Numbered from the stretch's first letter, positions 16,177-25,362 are shown. The stretch is 34,789 bases of DNA from Candidatus Zixiibacteriota bacterium (GCA_029933635.1 JAOZNS010000002.1:1-34789), one strand, 5' to 3'. The notes: generated by a model not told the origin, from the sequence alone. Program-made: numbers and translations.

Positions 16177-16698
16177 TCACTTCCCAGGCCTGATAACGGT
16201 CACCGAGTTAGTAAACAGGGTGGAGTTAGGAATGAGTATCTTTTTCCCTTCCGCTTGAAGCGTGGTATATCGGAGATCCATCCCCACCACGATCCCATCA
16301 AAGCCTGCCACGGAAATATGGTCATTCAGCTGGAAAGGATGATAGATCATGATGAGTGCGCCGGCAAGAAAATTAGACAGAGTATCCTTGAGAGCAAATC
16401 CCAAAGCGAAGCCAGTAAGCCCCAAGCCAGCTACCAGGGCATTAACGTTAACGCCCATCCTCCCCAATGCCATTACCCCTCCCAAAATTATCAAAACTCC
16501 TTGAACCGATCGCCCGATCAAATTAAAGGCATCTCTTCTACTTGGAACTGTGATTCTTCCTATGCGGCCTAAGATACCTTTGCTGATTGTGCCCAACAAC
16601 CAGAATACGAAAAAAACAAGCAAAGAGACCACAGCTTTGGGTGCGAAGATCGCTATCTGATGGACTAACCTTACCAGCTCTTTCCATATCTCTTCCAT
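16177..16698 (-). CDS. Short MscS-family mechanosensitive channel protein (173 aa)
   Basis: TM helices are followed by the MscS pore/beta-domain signature LKDTLSNFLAGALIMIYHPFQLNDHISVAGFDGIVVGMDLRYTTL. The protein ends before the usual C-terminal alpha-beta domain. Confidence 0.75.
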   Translation of the reverse strand: MEEIWKELVRLVHQIAIFAPKAVVSLLVFFVFWLLGTISKGILGRIGRITVPSRRDAFNLIGRSVQGVLIILGGVMALGRMGVNVNALVAGLGLTGFALGFALKDTLSNFLAGALIMIYHPFQLNDHISVAGFDGIVVGMDLRYTTLQAEGKKILIPNSTLFTNSVTVIRPGK

Positions 16699-16955
16699 GG
16701 GCAGAACCAGATAACAGATTTATCTATTCTTATAAGCCTCACTGAGTTGAATAAAAAATCAAGTTTTTATGAGAACCTTTCCGGCAAATCATCAGAACAG
16801 AGAGAATACAATTTTCGAGCCGTCCTTCATCCGAATGGAGAAACCAAGCAAGTTCTACCTGTCAAGTTTTCAAGGAAAGTTTTTTACTAAAATAATTTGA
16901 CTTTTGGAGATCATTGGACCGTGGAGCTGTATTTCGGCAAATTGCAAGGATGGTT

Positions 16956-17480
16956 TTAGCCTTTTAATTTTATCTTCTTTAACTCCTTGATTAAACTTTT
17001 CGAAACCTCTTCCCGATTTTGCTTGGTAACCTCAATGACTTTTACATCCGAGCGAGCTTTTACCTTCTGGGCAAAGGGATGGCGGGCTGAGGTGATGGTG
17101 CCCAAAACGGGGTTGTTTGCATCCAGTGCCTTCTCCACCACAGCCTGAAATTGAGGTGAGAGAAGCTCCATCTTTCCGATCTCATCTATCACAATTATCT
17201 TTTTCTCCATCAGACACATCTGAATCTCTTTCACTCCTATCCGGTTAAGGGTATAGATCCCCACCCCATACTTCCCCACCTTATACCTGCTTTTAAAATT
17301 GCGATGGGCTAATACCCCTTTAAAGCCAGAAAAGGTAACAACGGCAAATCCCATACGCATGTTGTTTTCACGTATCTCCTCGGTATAAAATCCTCCAGCC
17401 GGAAGTTTTAGTTCCTCCACGATCCTTTTTATGATGGTGGTCTTTCCTACGCCTGGATGACCGGTCAAGAGGTAATTCAT
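16956..17480 (-). CDS. THEP1/NTPase_1-family nucleoside triphosphatase
   Basis: The 174-aa ORF has a Walker A motif (LLTGHPGVGKTT) at the N-terminus and a Walker B motif (IIVIDEIGKME). Size and layout are typical of the family. Confidence 0.8.
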   Translation of the reverse strand: MNYLLTGHPGVGKTTIIKRIVEELKLPAGGFYTEEIRENNMRMGFAVVTFSGFKGVLAHRNFKSRYKVGKYGVGIYTLNRIGVKEIQMCLMEKKIIVIDEIGKMELLSPQFQAVVEKALDANNPVLGTITSARHPFAQKVKARSDVKVIEVTKQNREEVSKSLIKELKKIKLKG

Positions 17481-17525
17481 AAAGACACCCCACTGAAGAA
17501 ACCCAAAAGAATTTTTTGCGCCTAA

Positions 17526-17554
17526 AGATTACATATTTAAACGGAAATTGTCAA
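17526..17554 (-). promoter_or_regulatory. Sigma70-type promoter for the NTPase gene
   Basis: The minus strand reads TTGACA (17554-17549), a 17-nt spacer, then TAATCT (17531-17526). Confidence 0.45.
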
Positions 17555-17676
17555 ATAGAAATTTCACCCTATTTAGAGAATTTTCTACTTAATTTCTTCC
17601 ACAACAGATTCCATTTATGGAGAGAAAAGAAGCTAACAAAAGAAACATGCTTGTCCCCAAATTTTCACCTGAAGCA

Positions 17677-20562
17677 TCATTTCAACAGAAGAGCCTTTTT
17701 GGTTAGCTTTTGATCTTTTACCTTTAGCTGGTAAAAATAGATGCCACTGGGAACTTCGCTCCCATGTTCGTTTCTTCCGTCCCATATGATCTGATATTCA
17801 CCAGAAAATTTGTTCTCATTCACCAGAGTTCTCACCCGCTCACCTAAGACGTTATATATCTTCAAAGTTATGTGAACTGGTTGAACCGATTCAGCATTTA
17901 TCGTGTATTGAATTGTGGTACTCTCATTGAACGGATTGGGAAAATTTTGATAAAGAACAAAGCTTGAGGGCAAGCTTCCCTCATCATGGAAACCTTCCAC
18001 CTCGGTTCCCATGTAGCTTATCTGATTGAAATATATGCTGAAGCCCAACCCAGGGACGCGATTGTCCCTCCACACCGAATAAAGATAAAAAGCTTGTAGA
18101 TCTATATCTGGAAAGTCCTGCAAGGCACTGCCAAAATCGCCATTTAACCTTCTATTGACGCCCTGAGGGACTCCATTCAAAAATGTTTGAAAATAAATGT
18201 CTGAGCCAGACATTCGATGATCACTCCAAGCCACCACAAAATATCCATCATCGGACAATCCTACTCTGGAGTTTTCTGGAGAAGCCAAAGGATCGTCCAC
18301 CACCGGTATATTGGAGTCGACAGGGGAACCGGAATCATCATATCTCTGAGCAAAGATCATAGTTGAAGAAAGATGGGGCTCGGTCCAGCTTACCACAAAA
18401 TCTCCCCTTTTGTTCAAATCCAGATCCGCATTATACTGGGAGGGGTCAGATCTATCGCAATGGACTGGAAAGTTGGTTCCGATCTTCGTGCCGTCACTGG
18501 CAAATCTCTGTATATAAATCTTATCTTTCCCTTCTCTGCCATCCTGCCAAGCGACCACAAATCTCCCAAGGCTATCTGTGGCAATCACCGGAGAAAGATG
18601 ATGCACGCCTAAGGTGTCATCGTTTACCTTAAAGCATGTATCAAGAGGTTCTCCGGCAGACGAGAAAAGTCTTCCGTAGATGTTGGTTGCGGTCCCATCG
18701 GTGGCTGACCACACCACCACGAAACCGCCATCTGGTGAGGCATCGCAACAGGGAGTTAAGTTGCTGATCATATCAGAGCAGTTTACTTTAAAGTTTTCTC
18801 CGTTCGGATTTCCTGAATGGTCGAACAACTGGGCATATATGTTTAAGAAATTTTCACCAGCATCTTCCCACACCACCAAAAAATTTCCAAAATCATCACA
18901 AGCTATGTCTGGATGTCCGTGATATACCCGACCTATGCTATCGTTGACCATATAATCGTCCCCTTGGGGATTGCCGTTTTGGTCGAAACTTCTCATGAAA
19001 ATATCAGGACCGCCTCTTCTAAAATCCTCCCAGACCACCACGAATCCTCCATTCTCTTTTGTAGCTATTTTAGGTAAATTTTGGTTGGCTCCTATCAGAT
19101 CATCATTTAAAAGAAGATTGTTTCCATATGGAAATCCATCTGAGGTGACCGTTTGAGCATAGATATCATAATCTCCACTACGTTTGTCCATCCAGGCAAC
19201 CACAAAACTCCCACCAGGGCTTGAGGATAGGGCCAGGCTATGCCGTTCTCCTTCGGTAGATTGCAGACTGCTTAACCTCAGAGCCTCACCCAATGGCTGA
19301 CCCAGACTATCTAATCTTTGAATATATATGGCGGGGTCGTCAAGATCGTATTCCGTCCAAGCAATGATATACCTCCCCGATGTATCCGAGACGATCAGAG
19401 GACTTTCTCGAATCACGGAGCTTGTTTCAGGGGTAATGTAAAAAATAACTGTATCGTCCAGAGGGTGGTCAAACGACAGCAAACGAGCAGATACGACCCC
19501 ATCTCCTTCCCTTGAATCGATCCAGGTTACCATGAATCTGTTGTTGGGTCCCATGCTTACACAAGGATTCACTTGATCCTCGTTTAATGAGTCCAGGCTC
19601 ACCAAAATATTATCTGCTAATTTAGTTCCAATCGAATCAAATCTCTGAGCAAAAATGTCTGCATTCATGTTACGAAAATCAGTCCAGACGATCACAAAAT
19701 CTCCGGAAGGACCTACCGAAACCTTCGGCGACTGATGGGTGGTGCTTCCCTCATCATCATTGACCTTAAAGCTTGCTCCCAGTGGATTTCCGGAAGAATC
19801 GAAGAGACGAACATATATGTTGTTACCTTCCCTGTTGTCCTCCCACACCACCACCAGCTTACCATCCCTGCCAGCAGAGACGGCAGGAGCCCAGCAGGTG
19901 TATGGAATGGGAGAATCGTTTATCTGAAAGACCGCACCGATGGGCATAAGGTCTTTTCTGAATTTTCTTCCATAGATATCAAAGTTCTCCTCATCAATCC
20001 AAACCACCACAAAGCAGGTATCATCGATAATTGACCCACTGGGAAGCCACTGATCCTTGGGAAAATCTTCTGCGCCCACCTCTTGGTTATATCCAACCGG
20101 CGTGCCCTCAAAGGTATTCCTTTGAGCGAAGATATCCAGATCGCCATCTCTTTCATCCTCCCAGACGGCAATGAAGCTCCTATCTGCGAACATACAGATG
20201 ACTGGATTTTTTTGATTGAACGAGCTGGCATAACCTTCCTGATTAACCTGCATATCGGGAATATCGAGGATGCTTGCTATCTGCATAGCTTGAGGAGATG
20301 TGGCATCTTTTTTGGAAAATGATCCCTCGTTCGACAAGTTGAAGCCTGCGGTTTCACCCCTTTGATCCTTTTGATACGTAGTTAATTCTGGGGGTTTTTC
20401 TTTAGCTGGAGTTGAGCAGATGTGCCTGAGTTTACTTTTTACAGGGTGATCCCCCAACGGTTTTTCTGAATGAGGTGAGGCTATGTCCAAATCAATCGGG
20501 CAGCCCGTTGGCCCGATAAACCAGAGGATGACAAACGTTGTTACCAATGGTTTTATCCTCAT
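17677..20562 (-). CDS. Large secreted protein (961 aa) with 14 tandem ~54-aa repeats and a C-terminal T9SS (Por) sorting domain
   Basis: It has a signal/lipoprotein-like N-terminus (VILWFIGPTGC). The repeat reads phi-VVVW-x-D...(D/N)IYAQRF-D-x-x-G-x-P-x-G-x-x-F-x-VN, with its conserved Trp at aa 134, 188, 240, 293, 347, 402, 457, 511, 565, 618, 672, 726, 779 and 831. The C-terminus is LYQNFPNPFNESTTIQY...SGIYFYQLKV. Confidence 0.8.
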   Translation of the reverse strand: MRIKPLVTTFVILWFIGPTGCPIDLDIASPHSEKPLGDHPVKSKLRHICSTPAKEKPPELTTYQKDQRGETAGFNLSNEGSFSKKDATSPQAMQIASILDIPDMQVNQEGYASSFNQKNPVICMFADRSFIAVWEDERDGDLDIFAQRNTFEGTPVGYNQEVGAEDFPKDQWLPSGSIIDDTCFVVVWIDEENFDIYGRKFRKDLMPIGAVFQINDSPIPYTCWAPAVSAGRDGKLVVVWEDNREGNNIYVRLFDSSGNPLGASFKVNDDEGSTTHQSPKVSVGPSGDFVIVWTDFRNMNADIFAQRFDSIGTKLADNILVSLDSLNEDQVNPCVSMGPNNRFMVTWIDSREGDGVVSARLLSFDHPLDDTVIFYITPETSSVIRESPLIVSDTSGRYIIAWTEYDLDDPAIYIQRLDSLGQPLGEALRLSSLQSTEGERHSLALSSSPGGSFVVAWMDKRSGDYDIYAQTVTSDGFPYGNNLLLNDDLIGANQNLPKIATKENGGFVVVWEDFRRGGPDIFMRSFDQNGNPQGDDYMVNDSIGRVYHGHPDIACDDFGNFLVVWEDAGENFLNIYAQLFDHSGNPNGENFKVNCSDMISNLTPCCDASPDGGFVVVWSATDGTATNIYGRLFSSAGEPLDTCFKVNDDTLGVHHLSPVIATDSLGRFVVAWQDGREGKDKIYIQRFASDGTKIGTNFPVHCDRSDPSQYNADLDLNKRGDFVVSWTEPHLSSTMIFAQRYDDSGSPVDSNIPVVDDPLASPENSRVGLSDDGYFVVAWSDHRMSGSDIYFQTFLNGVPQGVNRRLNGDFGSALQDFPDIDLQAFYLYSVWRDNRVPGLGFSIYFNQISYMGTEVEGFHDEGSLPSSFVLYQNFPNPFNESTTIQYTINAESVQPVHITLKIYNVLGERVRTLVNENKFSGEYQIIWDGRNEHGSEVPSGIYFYQLKVKDQKLTKKALLLK

Positions 20563-20701
20563 CTTTTTGCTTCCTTTTATTCATAAGATCATTAGCAAGC
20601 TAAAATTCAGCGACCAAGCTCTTAACCAATTCTTCGTGGCTTTTCCAGATATTCTGAACTTGTAACCGCTCCACCCTAAGCAAACTGACAAACTGAATGC
20701 T

Positions 20702-20719
20702 TTCTGGCACCTGCCAGAA
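20702..20719. promoter_or_regulatory. Perfect 8+8 inverted repeat TTCTGGCA-CC-TGCCAGAA (candidate operator)
   Basis: The dyad lies about 140 nt upstream of the start of the 961-aa gene. The 2-nt spacer argues for a DNA operator rather than an RNA hairpin. Confidence 0.3.
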
Positions 20720-20962
20720 GTGGTTTAGATCATTCCCCCTCCTCTCATCAATTGAAATCTGAAGTCCCATTCAGTTTTCCTATAGGACTATAACCTGTTT
20801 CTGTAAAAGGTCAATCAAATTTTGGCAACCACCCATCTGGGACGAGGTTACCCAGAAGGTCTTCTCCCCTGATTTTTACAGAATGAATTTGTGGTGATTT
20901 ATCGGCTGAGATTTTTAAAAAAAGAGAGTTTGGTTTTCAAATAAGCTAAATTGGAAACCATC

Positions 20963-22237
20963 TTATTTAAGGACCAACACTTTTTTGATTTTTCTTTCCA
21001 ACCTTGATCTTCGATATTCTAAGGAGCAAAGCATCCTTTGGTATCCTGAAACAGAAGAGAGTGAAGGATCAAACCTTAACTTAAAAAGTGCTCTTTCTAC
21101 CAAAGATAATGCCTTGGGGTAGTCTTTTTTCCCATGTTCATAATATTTGGCTAACTCCTCACAAGCAGAAAAAAGGAAAGGAAAATCTTCCTCTGTTAGA
21201 TGTTCCCATATGTTCATCGCCTTATCCATATATCCTGTCTTTTTATATGCTGAAGCCAAATTGAGCTTAATTTTTAAAAGCCACTTGTCTGGAATCCCTT
21301 TAACCAAGGCTTGCTCAAAACATTTTACGCTTGCTGAATAATTTTTCAGCTTCTGAAAAATTTTTCCCAAGCTGTATAAATCCACCGGGTCCTCAATCCC
21401 AGGTTGATCCAAATTCTCCAGCGTTCGATCGATCAGAACAGTAAGTTTTAAAAGGGAGAGAACATCATAAACGTTATGACGAAATACAGCAACTAATGGC
21501 TCGGCTTGTCCAGTTCTTAGATAGTCAAAATACAACCGTGGAATCAAAAAGCTTGGCACATCTATTTCTCTTCTCAGCATCAGAATCTTCTGTTCTATGT
21601 TGCTTAGGCTACACTCCCCGATTCGTCTTTTCCATAAACGCCGACAGGGAAAAAGAAGATCCAGATGAAGCCATCTTTCGGGATCAAAATCCAGGCGATG
21701 AACGATCCACCTGTTTTCCAGAAGTGGCAGATCATAACTTTTTCCATTGAAGCTTACCAAAAATCTGAATTGACTCAACCTTTCCATTACAGCGAAAAGA
21801 ATAGCTTTCTCCTGATGGAAATCCTGCATGAAATACTGTTCAACTAAAAATCCGTCCTTAGAGATATATCCTAATCCGATCAAGAAGGCACAGGTTCCAA
21901 CCCCTCCAGCCAGTCCGGTGGTCTCACAATCAAGGAAAACCGCCTCTCTGAGATCAAAAGATCTCAATTCTTCCTGTGTAGGGCTGGACTTTTTGGATGA
22001 GCAAATCCGCGCTAACCATTCTCCTCGGAAATCTCCAGAAAGGACCGGCCTGCTTGTGCGATCCAGATCCGCCGGCTCAAGCCTTCTTTTCACCATCACA
22101 AATTCACCAAATCCATTGCGAGCCATCTTACCATTCAAAAAACCAATAACTTGGCTTTGAGACCTTGGGGCATCTGCACCTCTTTGTGAGGTAAAACCAA
22201 ATCCAGCTAAATTTTTTAGTTTTTCTTCTAGCTCCAT
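20963..22237 (-). CDS. YprB-like RNase H-fold (predicted 3'-5' exonuclease) protein with C-terminal TPR repeats
   Basis: FLDCETTGLAGGVGTCAFLIGLGY is a DEDD/RNase H-like motif I. FNGKSYDLPLLENRW is also present. The C-terminal ~130 aa is TPR-like (ASAYKKTGYMDKAMNIWEHL, LAKYYEHGKKDYPKALSLVERAL). Confidence 0.7.
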   Translation of the reverse strand: MELEEKLKNLAGFGFTSQRGADAPRSQSQVIGFLNGKMARNGFGEFVMVKRRLEPADLDRTSRPVLSGDFRGEWLARICSSKKSSPTQEELRSFDLREAVFLDCETTGLAGGVGTCAFLIGLGYISKDGFLVEQYFMQDFHQEKAILFAVMERLSQFRFLVSFNGKSYDLPLLENRWIVHRLDFDPERWLHLDLLFPCRRLWKRRIGECSLSNIEQKILMLRREIDVPSFLIPRLYFDYLRTGQAEPLVAVFRHNVYDVLSLLKLTVLIDRTLENLDQPGIEDPVDLYSLGKIFQKLKNYSASVKCFEQALVKGIPDKWLLKIKLNLASAYKKTGYMDKAMNIWEHLTEEDFPFLFSACEELAKYYEHGKKDYPKALSLVERALFKLRFDPSLSSVSGYQRMLCSLEYRRSRLERKIKKVLVLK

Positions 22238-22265
22238 AACTTTTTCTGAGAAAATGAAGATCCAT

Positions 22266-23126
22266 TTACCTGACAGTGGTTTTGCTTACTCCGTTTGTGC
22301 TCCTTTTTAATTTCTCCACTAAAAGATAAGCCTTTGTGATGTCTCTACCCAGATGATCCACTTTATGAGCATCCGAACCGAAGGCAACTATCTTCACTCT
22401 CTTTTTCAAAGCCAGGACAAGAATCTTTTGCCCGGGACAGAATTCCTTAAGCCCCTTTCGCAATACCCCGGTATTTACTTCAATCCCCACATCTTTTTTG
22501 GCCATGAGTTCTAAAATCGGTTCTACAAAACCTCGATGGGCCACCAAAACCTCTTTTCCATAAAAACCCAGACCATATTTTTTGTATACATCCAGGTGAG
22601 CTATGGCATCGAAAAGCTCACTTTTCACCGCATGTTTTAGGTTCTCATAATATTGTGAGACCATCTCCTCCAGACTTTTCCTTTTGAAATATTTTTCCGC
22701 CTCGTTGGATGCGGTGATGGCAATATGGTCCAGGCAATGCACCGCACCTAACCGATAGTCCAGATCAAAACCAGCCAGCTCCTCTCTTAATCTTTCCTCA
22801 ATGTGTGGCGAATAATCCACTTCTAAACCTGCTTTCACCGAAAGTCCTTGGGAACCATATTTTTCCTCGGCCCTTCTTACCTCCTCCGTGTATCTTCTAA
22901 CGCTATCTTTGGATAATGGAACTACCTTTCCCTCTATCCGCATGAAAGGATCTATATCCTTTCTAAATGGGTCCGTATCGTAGTGGGTGGTAAAACATAT
23001 CTCTTTTAAGCCCAACTGCAACGCCCTTTGACAATATTCATCTATGCTACCTGTGGCATCGAGAGAGTAGTCGGGATGAACATGATAATCGGCTTTGCGC
23101 AATTGGCTTAATTGGGTTGATGGCAT
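22266..23126 (-). CDS. PHP-domain phosphoesterase (HisJ-type histidinol-phosphatase family)
   Basis: DYHVHPDYSLDA, ICFTTHYD, GLEVDY, HLD and FGSDAH form the PHP metal-ligand pattern. Confidence 0.8.
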   Translation of the reverse strand: MPSTQLSQLRKADYHVHPDYSLDATGSIDEYCQRALQLGLKEICFTTHYDTDPFRKDIDPFMRIEGKVVPLSKDSVRRYTEEVRRAEEKYGSQGLSVKAGLEVDYSPHIEERLREELAGFDLDYRLGAVHCLDHIAITASNEAEKYFKRKSLEEMVSQYYENLKHAVKSELFDAIAHLDVYKKYGLGFYGKEVLVAHRGFVEPILELMAKKDVGIEVNTGVLRKGLKEFCPGQKILVLALKKRVKIVAFGSDAHKVDHLGRDITKAYLLVEKLKRSTNGVSKTTVR

Positions 23127-23234
23127 AAACGAAATCTTAGAAACCGGCTTCCACGTTAGAAAATAGCCGTCAGCAATAAGGATTTAACGTCTTAGATGCA
23201 AGGCAGCTTTTTGATGGGAGAGATGAAGTCGCCT

Positions 23235-23855
23235 TCAAGTCAGAAAAGGGTTGTTCCTCCTTTCCTCCCCGATGGTGGAGGCAGGTCCATGCCCTGGGTA
23301 GATCAAACAATCGTCTCCCCTGTTCAACAATTTGTTTTTAATGGAGTCCATAAGCTGATCAAATGAGCCACCGGGTAAGTCCGTTCTTCCAATCGATCCT
23401 GCAAAAAGGCAATCTCCAACAAAGATCATCCTCTGCCCAACAAGGGAGATTCCTCCCGGGGTGTGTCCGGGCGTATGCAGAACTTCAAGGCTAAATTGCC
23501 CGAAACATATCCTATCTCCCTCCTGCAACGTTCTATCTGCCCCACAGGGCTCAGCTCCGCTTTCCAGAAGAAACGGCTGGGACCGACCCGCCGACGACAG
23601 CATGAATGCATCCTTCTGGTGAATTAACACCTCTGCATTAGTTGCCCTCCTGAGCTGAGCCACAGCGCCGATGTGATCAAAATGTCCGTGAGTCAGAACT
23701 ATATATTTGAGCCTCAACTTCAGCTCCTTTAATGTTCTCTCTATCTTCTCAAAATCTCCGCCCGGGTCTATGACTACCGCCTCCTTGCTCTTTTCGTCGC
23801 CCAACACATAACAGTTGGTTTCAAGCGGACCCACGCAAAGGGTTTTCAGGATCAA
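23235..23855 (-). CDS. MBL-fold metallo-hydrolase (glyoxalase II-like)
   Basis: THGHFDH, HTPGHTPG and GSIGRTDLPGG motifs are present. The ORF is 206 aa. Confidence 0.85.
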   Translation of the reverse strand: MILKTLCVGPLETNCYVLGDEKSKEAVVIDPGGDFEKIERTLKELKLRLKYIVLTHGHFDHIGAVAQLRRATNAEVLIHQKDAFMLSSAGRSQPFLLESGAEPCGADRTLQEGDRICFGQFSLEVLHTPGHTPGGISLVGQRMIFVGDCLFAGSIGRTDLPGGSFDQLMDSIKNKLLNRGDDCLIYPGHGPASTIGEERRNNPFLT

Positions 23856-24355
23856 ATCTTTGCTCCCTCCACTCTGAGCAGTTTTTTCTTAAGATCCAAT
23901 CCCCCTCCGTATCCCCCTAAACTCCCATCCTCTCTAATCACCCGATGACAGGGGATGATTATGGGAAGGGGATTAGCCCCGCAGGCTGATCCCACAGCTC
24001 TGGCTTTATTCTTACCTCCAACCTGTTTGGCTAACCACCCGTAGCTTCTGGTTTGTCCGGAAGGAATTTTAAGCATCGCCTTCCAGACCTTCTTCTGAAA
24101 AGGGGTACCTCCTGTTAAATCCAAAGGCTCTTTGAAGCTAACCTTCTTGCCGGCGAAATAAGACCTCATGGTTTTTTTCAAAGATGAAAATTTCTCATCG
24201 TCTCTTTTCAAATCGATCGTCTCATCCCTGCTCAGTGCTGAAAAAAACTTTTGCCATCTGCTTTGGGGATAGGTGAGGAAACTTATCCCTTTGTTGGTTC
24301 GGATGGCAAGTATCTTCCCTACGGGAGATTTAAAAGTGGCATAGTAGAGTTCCAT
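23852..24355 (-). CDS. ogt: Methylated-DNA--protein-cysteine methyltransferase
   Basis: The active site IIIPCHRVI is present, together with SYGWLAKQVG and NPLPIIIP. It overlaps the MBL gene start by 4 nt. Confidence 0.9.
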   Translation of the reverse strand: MELYYATFKSPVGKILAIRTNKGISFLTYPQSRWQKFFSALSRDETIDLKRDDEKFSSLKKTMRSYFAGKKVSFKEPLDLTGGTPFQKKVWKAMLKIPSGQTRSYGWLAKQVGGKNKARAVGSACGANPLPIIIPCHRVIREDGSLGGYGGGLDLKKKLLRVEGAKI

Positions 24356-25218
24356 CGCTTCTCCTTTACATGTTTGAGCTGTTCTCTTGCATGATAGGAG
24401 CTCCTCACCAGAGGAGCGGATTCCACATGAACAAATCCCATCTTTTCCCCGATCATCTTTAGCCGGGTGAATTCATCCGGATGGTAAAACCTTACCACAG
24501 GGAGATGGTTCCCAGAAGGACTCAAATATTGTCCGATGGTTAAAAGCTCACAGCCTGTCTCCTTCACATCGTGCATCAATTGTATTATCTCATCCCAGCT
24601 CTCTCCCAATCCCAGCATGATGCCCGATTTGGTGATGATTTTATCGTCAATCTTTTTGACATTAACAAGCAGATTGAGCGATCTTTGATAACTCGCCCCC
24701 CTCCTCACCTTTCGATAAAGTCTTTTGACCGTCTCCATGTTATGATTCACCACGTCTGGCTTCTGTTGTAAGACTATCTTCAAGGATTCAAATGATCCAG
24801 CAAAGTCAGGCACCAACACCTCCACCTGAGGAGGGGGAGCCAGCTCCTTAATCTTTTTTATGGTTTGAGCAAATATCGAAGCCCCGCCATCTGGAAGATC
24901 ATCTCTGGTCACCGAGGTGATCACCACGTATCGCAATTTAAGTTCTCCCACAGCCTCCGCTACCCTTCTCGGTTCATCTTCATCCACCGGCTCGGGAACG
25001 CCTCTTTTTACATCACAGAATTTACATCCCCTAGTGCAGATCTCTCCTAAGATCAAAAAGGTAGCGGTTCCCTGTTCGAAGCAGAGGCTTCTGTTGGGGC
25101 AGTTTGCTTCCTGACACACCGAGTGTAGCCTCAAATTGGCAAGAAGCGATTTTATTCTCCGATAGTTCTTACCCCAGGAAATTCTGACTTTTAACCAAGG
25201 TGGGCGATCAACCTTCAC
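24319..25218 (-). CDS. lipA: Lipoyl synthase
   Basis: CPNRSLCFEQGTATFLILGEICTRGCKFCDV carries both Cys clusters. I prefer the GTG at 25218 (GGAGG 4 nt upstream, giving MKVDRPPWLKVRIS) over the track start at 25287. Confidence 0.9.
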   Translation of the reverse strand: MKVDRPPWLKVRISWGKNYRRIKSLLANLRLHSVCQEANCPNRSLCFEQGTATFLILGEICTRGCKFCDVKRGVPEPVDEDEPRRVAEAVGELKLRYVVITSVTRDDLPDGGASIFAQTIKKIKELAPPPQVEVLVPDFAGSFESLKIVLQQKPDVVNHNMETVKRLYRKVRRGASYQRSLNLLVNVKKIDDKIITKSGIMLGLGESWDEIIQLMHDVKETGCELLTIGQYLSPSGNHLPVVRFYHPDEFTRLKMIGEKMGFVHVESAPLVRSSYHAREQLKHVKEKRWNSTMPLLNLP

Positions 25219-25362
25219 AAAACCTCCAAAACGAACGTTGACTTTAGCCTTCCAACAATTTAAATTAAGATAAAGTTTGAGCACCAAAAAGCAAGATCAA
25301 ATATAAATAATGTGTCAGAAAGCTTCTGCATACATAAGTTCGTTCAAAGAAAGGGGAAAAAT

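Noticed and set aside
20706-20722. TGGCAC resembling a sigma-54 -24 element
   Set aside because: No TTGC(A/T) -12 element lies 5 nt downstream on either strand. The sequence is better described as a perfect dyad operator.
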